From NCBI RefSeq assembly GCF_009914755.1, contig NC_060948.1: a DNA stretch of 64,000 nt; one strand, written 5' to 3'. Under the pieces are notes generated by a model. The model ran no database searches. It was not told where the DNA came from and was given only the letters and a program-made list of their open reading frames with translations. The position numbers and the translations under genes were made by a program. Source of the stretch: the human T2T-CHM13v2.0 reference genome, Homo sapiens. The first letter of the stretch is position 1. Each line of letters starts with the position of its first letter. This document shows positions 56,879 through 64,000 of the stretch, piece by piece.

Positions 56879-59800
56879 ATGGAATCGAATGGAAAGGACT
56901 CGAATGGAAATCACTCGAATAGAATGCAATTTAATAAAATAGGATCAAATGTAATGGAATGGAATGGAAAGGAATCGAAACGAAAGGAATGGAGACAGAT
57001 GGAATGGAATGGAACAGAGAGCAATGGTATAGAATGGAATGGAATCATCTGGAATGGAATTGAATGGAATGGAATAATATGAAATGGAATGGAATGGAAT
57101 GGAATGGAATGCCCTTGAATTAAATGGACTGGAATGGAATGGACTCAAACAGAGTGGAATGGAAAGTGTGGAGATAGAATGGAATGAACTCCTTTGGAAT
57201 GGTCTAGTAGGCAATGCAATCGACTGGCAGGGAATCAAAACGAATGTAATCAAATGGATTGGACTGGAATGCAATGGACTCGAATAGATTGGAAACGGAA
57301 TGCAAAGAATGGAATGGAATAGTATGGAATGGAATGGAAAGGAATGGAGTGGAACAGACTAGAGTGGAATGGAATGGACTGCAAAGCAATGGACTGGAAT
57401 GGAACTTTCTTGAATGGACTGGAATCAAACGGAATGGAATGCAATGCAATCAAATGGCATGGAATAAAATAGAATGAAAGAGAATCAAATGGAATTGAAT
57501 CGAATGGAATCGAATGGATTGGAAAGGAATAGAATGGAATGGAATGGAATTGACTCAAATGGAATGGACTAGAATGGAATGGATTCGAATGGAAGGCAAA
57601 GGAATGGAATCTATTGGAATGGACTGTAATGGAATGGAATGGAAGGGATTGGAATGGACTCGAATGGAATGGACTGCAATAGAAAGGATTCGAATGGAAT
57701 GAAAAAGAATTGAATGGAATAGAACAGAATGGAATCAAATCGAATGAAATGGAATGGAATAGAAAGGAATGGAATGAAATGGAATGGAAAGGATTCGAAT
57801 GGAATGCAATCGAATGGAATGGAATCGAACGGAATGGAATAAAATGGAAGAAAACTGGCAAGAAATGGAATCGAAATGAATGGAGTGTTATGGAACGGAC
57901 TCAAAAGGAATTGAATGTAATAGAATGGAGTGGAGTGGACTCGAATATAATGGACTGGAATGGAATGAAATCACATGGAATGGGAACGAATGGAATGGAA
58001 TGGAAAGGAATGGAATCGAATGGAAAGGAATCGAATGGAAGGGAATGAAATTGAATCAACAGGAATGGAAGGGAATAGAATAGACGGTAATGGAATGGAC
58101 TCGAATAGAATGGACACGAATGCTCAAATTAAATGGACTCGAATGGAATGGAAACGAAAGGAATGTCATCGAATGGAATTGAATCGATTGGAATGAAATC
58201 GCATAGAATGGAGTGGAATCAAATGGAATTGAATCGAAAGGAAAGGAAGCGAATGGACTGAAATGAAATGGAATGGAATTGAATGGAAAGTAATGCAATG
58301 GAATAGAATGGAACGAAATTTCACGGAATGGAATCAAACTGAATGGAATCAAATCAATGGAATCAAATCAAATGGAATGGAAAGGAATTGAATGGAGTAG
58401 ATGGGATTGGATGGGATTGGAATGAAATGTACTGGAAAGGACTCGAATTTCATGAAACGGAATGGAATGAATTGGAACGGAATGGACTCGAATGGAATGG
58501 AATGTCATGGGATGGCATCAAATGGAATGGCATCAAATGGAATGGAATCGAATGCAATGGAATGCTATGGAATGGAATGGAATGCATTGGAATGGAATGT
58601 CCTCTAATGGAACGGATTCGAGTGGAATGGAATTGAATATAATGGAGTCGAATGAAATGGAATTGAAAGGAATGGGATCGAATACAATGGAATATACTGG
58701 AATGTAACGTAATGAACTCGAATGTAATTGACTGGAATGGAATGTACATGAATGGAATGTAATCGAATGGAAAGTAATCCAATGGAATAGAATCTAATGC
58801 AATAAAATCGACTCAGATAGAGTAGAATGTAATGGAATGGAGTGCAGTGCAATGGAATGGAATGGAATGGAATGCAATGGAATGGAATGGAATGGAATGG
58901 AATGGAATGGGATGGAATGGTATGGAATGGATAGTAATGGACTGGAGTGAAATGGACTGGAAAGGAATGGACTCAAATTGAAAGGGCTCGAAAGGAATGG
59001 AGTCAAATGGAATGGTCTGGAATGGAATGAACACGAATGTAATGCAACACAATAGAATGGAATCGAATGGCATGGAATAGAAAGAAATGGAATCGAAGAG
59101 AATGGAAACAAATGGAATGGAATTGAATGGAATGGGAACGAATGGAGTGAAATTGTATGCAGTAGAAGAGAATAGAATGGAATGCAAGCGAAAGGAAAGG
59201 AATGGATTGGAATGGAATGGAATTCATTGGAATGGAAGGGAATGTAGTGTAATGGACAGGCCTGGAATAAAGTGGAATGCTACGGTCTCGAATGGAATAA
59301 AAATGTATGGAATGGAATGCAATGAAACGGAATCGAATGTCATAGAATGTAATGGAATGCAAAAAAATGGAATCCAAAATCATTGACTGGAAAGGCTGGG
59401 TGTCGAAAGGAATTGACTCCAATGGAATGGAATCGAATGGAATGGAAGTGAATAGAATCGAACTAAATCGAATGGAATGGAATTGATAGGAACGGAATGG
59501 AAAGGAATGCAATGATTTGGCATGGAATGGAATCGAATGGCATCGAATGGAATGGAATGGAATGCAATGGAATGGAATGTATTAGAATGTAATGAACTTT
59601 AATGGAATGTACTCGAATGGATTCGACTGGAATGGAATGTTCTGGAAGTGAATGGACTCCAATGGAATGGATTCAAAAGGAATGGAATCGTACGGAATGG
59701 AATCTAATGGAATGCAATTAAATGGAAATGAATCAAATTGAATAGCACGGAATTGAATTGAATGGAATGGAATGCAATGGAATCTAATGAAACGGAAAGG

Positions 59801-60431
59801 AAAGGAATGGAATGGAATGGAATGGGCTGGAATGGAAAGGAATCGAAACGAATGGAATGGAATCGAACTGAAGAGACTGGAATGGAATGCACTGGAATGG
59901 AAGGGAGTGTAATGGAAGGTTCTCGAAAAAAATGGAATCGAATGGAATGCAATTGAATGGAACGGAATAGATTCGAATGGAATTGAATGGAATGGAATGG
60001 ACTAGAGTGAAATGGAATCGAACCACAAGGAATGGACAGGAATAGAATGGTCTCGAATTGAATGGAATCGTATGGAATGGCATCAAACGGAATGGAATGG
60101 ACAGCCACGGAATGGAATGCACTCGAATGCAATGGAGTCGAAACTAACGGACTGGAATAGAATGGACTCGACTGGTACGGACTCCAATGGAATGGAATCG
60201 AATGGAAGGGAATCGAACGGAAGGGAATCGAACGGAATGGACTCGAAGGGAAAAGACTGCAATGGAAAGGTCTCGAATGGAATGGAAATTAATGGAATGG
60301 AATGGAATCGAATGAAATGTAGTCAAAAGGAATGGAATCGAATGGCAAGAAATCGAATGTAATGGAATCGCAAGGAATTGATGTGAACGGAACGGAATGG
60401 AATGTAATCCAAAGGAATGGAATAGAATGGA
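56879..60431. repeat. DYZ1 unit 17 (3553 bp), distal subfamily
   Basis: Anchors 56879/60432. Shares unit-16 markers. Confidence 0.9.
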
Positions 60432-63400
60432 ATGGAATCGAATGGAAAGGACTCGAATGGAAATCACTCGAATAGAATGCAATTTAATAAAATAGGATCA
60501 AATGTAATGGAATGGAATGGAAAGGAATCGAAACGAAAGGAATGGAGACAGATGGAATGGAATGGAACAGAGAGCAATGGTATAGAATGGAATGGAATCA
60601 TCTGGAATGGAATTGAATGGAATGGAATGATATGAAATGGAATGGAATGGAATGGAATGGAATGCCCTTGAATTAAATGGACTGGACTCGAACAGAGTGG
60701 AATGGAAAGTGTGGAGATAGAATGGAATGAACTCCTTTGGGATGGTCTAGTAGGCAATGCAATCGACTGGCAGGGAATCAAAAGGAATGTAATCGAATGG
60801 ATTGGACTGGAATGCAATGGACTCGAATAGATTGGAAACGGAATGCAAAGAATGGAATGGAATAGTATGGAATGGAATGGAAAGGAATGGAGTGGAATAG
60901 ACTAGAGTGGAATGGAATGGACTGGAAAGCAATGGACTGGAATGGAACTTTGTTGAATGGACTGGAATCAAACGGAATGGAATGCAATGCAATCAAATGG
61001 CATGGAATAAAGTAGAATGAAAGAGAATCAAATGGAATTGAATCGAATGGAATCGAATGGATTGGAAAGGAATAGAATGGAATGGAATGGAATTGACTCA
61101 AATGGAATGGACTAGAATGGAATGGATTCGAATGGAAGGCAAAGGAATGGAATCTATTGGTATGGACTGTAATGGAATGGAATGGAAGGGATTGGAATGG
61201 ACTCGAATGGAATGGACTGCAATAGAAAGGATTCGAATGGAATGAAAAAGAATTGAATGGAATAGAACAGAATGGAATCAAATCGAATGAAATGGAATGG
61301 AATAGAAAGGAATGGAATGAAATGGAATGGAAAGGATTCGAATGGAATGCAATCGAATGGAATGGAATCGAACGGAATGGAATAAAATGGAAGAAAACTG
61401 GCAAGAAATGGAATCGAAATGAATGGAGTGTTATGGAACGGACTCAAAAGGAATTGAATGTAATAGATTGGAGTGGAGTGGACTCGAATATAATGGACTG
61501 GAATGGAATGAAATCACATGGAATGGGAACGAATGGAATGGAATGGAAAGGAATGGAATCGAATGGAAAGGAATCGAATGGAAGGGAATGAAATTGAATC
61601 AACAGGAATGGAAGGGAATAGAATAGACGGTAATGGAATGGACTCGAATAGAATGGACACGAATGCTCAAATTGAATGGACTCGAATGGAATGGAAACGA
61701 AAGGAATGTCATCGAATGGAATTGAATGGATTGGAATGAAATCGCATAGAATGGAGTGGAATCAAATGGAATTGAATCGAAAGGAAAGGAAGCGAATGGA
61801 CTGAAATGAAATGGAATGGAATTGAATGGAAAGTAATGCAATGGAATAGAATGGAACGAAATTTCACGGAATGGAATCAAACTGAATGGAATCAAATCAA
61901 TGGAATCAAATCAAATGGAATGGAAAGGAATTGAATGGAGTAGATGGGATTGGATGGGATTGGAATGAAGTGTACTGGAAAGGACTCGAATTTCATGAAA
62001 CGGAATGGAATGAATTGGAACGGAATGGACTCGAATGGAATGGAATGTCATGGGATGGCATCAAATGGAATGGCATCAAATGGAATGGAATCGAATGCAA
62101 TGGAATGCTATGGAATGGAATGGAATGCATTGGAATGGAATGTCCTCTAATGGAATGGATTCGAGTGGAATGGAATTGAATATAATGGAGTCGAATGAAA
62201 TGGAATTGAAAGGAATGGGATCGAATACAATGGAATATACTGGAATGTAACGTAATGAACTCGAATGTAATTGACTGGAATGGAATGTACATGAATGGAA
62301 TGTAATCGAATGGAAAGTAATCCAATGGAATAGAATCTAATGCAATAAAATCGACTCAGATAGAGTAGAATGTAATGGAATGGAGTGCAGTGCAATGGAA
62401 TGGAATGGAATGGAATGCAATGGAATGGAATGGAATGGAATGGAATGGAATGGAATGGAATGGAATGGGATGGAATGGTATGGAATGGGTAGTAATGGAC
62501 TGGAGTGAAATGGACTGGAAAGGAATGGACTCAAATTGAAAGGGCTCGAAAGGAATGGAGTCAAATGGAATGGTCTGGAATGGAATGAACACGAATGTAA
62601 TGCAACCCAATAGAATGGAATCGAATGGCATGGAATAGAAAGAAATGGAATCGAAGAGAATGGAAACAAATGGAATGGAATTGAATGGAATGGGAACGAA
62701 TGGAGTGAAATTGTATGCAGTAGAAGAGAATAGAATGGAATGCAAGCGAAAGGAAAGGAATGGATTGGAATGGAATGGAATTCATTGGAATGGAAGGGAA
62801 TGTAGTGTAATGGACAGGCCTGGAATAAAGTGGAATGCTACGGTCTCGAATGGAATAAAAATGTATGGAATGGAATGCAATGAAACGGAATCGAATGTCA
62901 TAGAATGTAATGGAATGCAAAAAAATGGAATCCAAAATCATTGACTGGAAAGGCTGGGTGTCGAAAGGAATTGACTCCAATGGAATGGAATCGAATGGAA
63001 TGGAAGTGAATAGAATCGAACTAAATCGAATGGAATGGAATTGATAGGAACGGAATGGAAAGGAATGCAATGATTTGGCATGGAATGGAATCGAATGGCA
63101 TCGAATGGAATGGAATGGAATGCAATGGAATGGAATGTATTAGAATGTAATGAACTTTAATGGAATGTACTCGAATGGATTCGACTGGAATGGAATGTTC
63201 TGGAAGTGAATGGACTCCAATGGAATGGATTCAAAAGGAATGGAATCGTACGGAATGGAATCTAATGGAATGCAATTAAATGGAAATGAATCAAATTGAA
63301 TAGCACGGAATTGAATTGAATGGAATGGAATGCAATGGAATCTAATGAAACGGAAAGGAAAGGAATGGAATGGAATGGAATGGGCTGGAATGGAAAGGAA

Positions 63401-63989
63401 TCGAAACGAATGGAATGGAATCGAACTGAAGAGACTGGAATGGAATGCACTGGAATGGAAGGGAGTGTAATGGAAGGTTCTCGAAAAAAATGGAATCGAA
63501 TGGAATGGAATTGAATGGAACGGAATAGAGTCGAATGGAATTGAATGGAATGGAATGGACTAGAGTGAAATGGAATCGAACCACAAGGAATGGACAGGAA
63601 TAGAATGGTCTCGAATTGAATGGAATCGTATGGAATGGCATCAAACGGAATGGAATGGACAGCCACGGAATGGAATGCACTCGAATGCAATGGAGTCGAA
63701 ACTAACGGACTGGAATAGAATGGACTCGACTGGTACGGACTCCAATGGAATGGAATCGAATGGAAGGGAATCGAACGGAAGGGAATCGAACGGAATGGAC
63801 TCGAAGGGAAAAGACTGCAATGGAAAGGTCTCGAATGGAATGGAAATTAATGGAATGGAATGGAGTCGAATGAAATGGAGTCAAAAGGAATGGAATCGAA
63901 TGGCAAGAAATCGAATGTAATGGAATCGCAAGGAATTGATGTGAACGGAACGGAATGGAATGGAATCCAAAGGAATGGAATAGAATGGA
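60432..63989. repeat. DYZ1 unit 18 (3558 bp), distal subfamily with proximal-type patches
   Basis: Anchors 60432/63990. 10-bp deletion GGACTGGACTCG near 60680 and CAAATTGAAT near 61670. Confidence 0.9.
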
Positions 63990-64000
63990 ATGGAATCGAA

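Larger units (their letters stand above)
1..64000. repeat. DYZ1: Human satellite 3 (HSat3) DYZ1 array, Yq12-type heterochromatin; GGAAT strand on +, ~18 tandem ~3.56 kb units
   Basis: Continuous GGAAT/CGAAT/TGAAT/GCAAT/GGACT pentamers throughout. A landmark GGCC (in ACAGGCCT) recurs at 2387, 5926, 9475, 13044, 16592, 20125, 23649, 27208, 30746, 34270, 37844, 41398, 44972, 48555, 52138, 55706, 59259, 62817 (spacings 3524-3583 bp). This matches the established ~3.56 kb HaeIII/EcoRI DYZ1 unit. Same orientation throughout. Confidence 0.96.

Noticed and set aside
1-64000. Hundreds of ORFs (MEWNG-rich on +, FHSIP-rich on -, up to 318 aa)
   Set aside because: Direct translations of GGAAT/ATTCC, which has no stop codon in any frame. 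They overlap in all frames and are freely frameshifted between units, and I see no domain or splice evidence.
1-64000. CRISPR-like repeat/spacer array or telomeric repeat
   Set aside because: No constant repeat with unique spacers, no cas genes and no TTAGGG tracts.
1-64000. DYZ2/HSat1B block, HSat2 or strand inversion
   Set aside because: No AT-rich/Alu-containing 2.4 kb units, no dominant CATTCGATTC-type HSat2 pattern, and the purine-rich strand stays on + throughout.
1-64000. Dense CATTCC/GGAATG (TEAD MCAT-like) and GGAA (ETS-like) motifs
   Set aside because: An inherent property of every HSat3 pentamer array, not specific to this window, so not reported as discrete sites.

Overview
The whole 64 kb window is one uninterrupted, single-orientation satellite array. 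It is a degenerate (GGAAT)n pentamer organised into 18 head-to-tail ~3.52-3.58 kb units, each with one conserved StuI/HaeIII site (AGGCCT) about 40 bp after an EcoRI site. Unit length, the HaeIII/EcoRI landmark and two exact 23-mers matching the classic DYZ1 sexing primers (recalled from memory) identify it as human satellite 3, DYZ1 (Yq12 heterochromatin). I see no genes, RNA genes, transposons, DYZ2/Alu blocks or inversions, and all listed ORFs are translations of the pentamer. I found no evidence for a new gene-based system. The notable signals are in the array's fine structure. (1) Each unit has three in-phase GAA->TTC flips that create perfect heat-shock elements (about 47 in the window). 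(2) There are repeated private GG->TT doublet substitutions. (3) Indels outside pure tracts are strongly biased to 15 bp. (4) The array has layered higher-order structure: a Y-X-Y-X-Z-X-Z mosaic, a 7.1 kb ABAB dimer, a copy displaced by 24.8 kb (7 units) and a ladder of staggered duplications. All counts were made by eye and need confirming by alignment.
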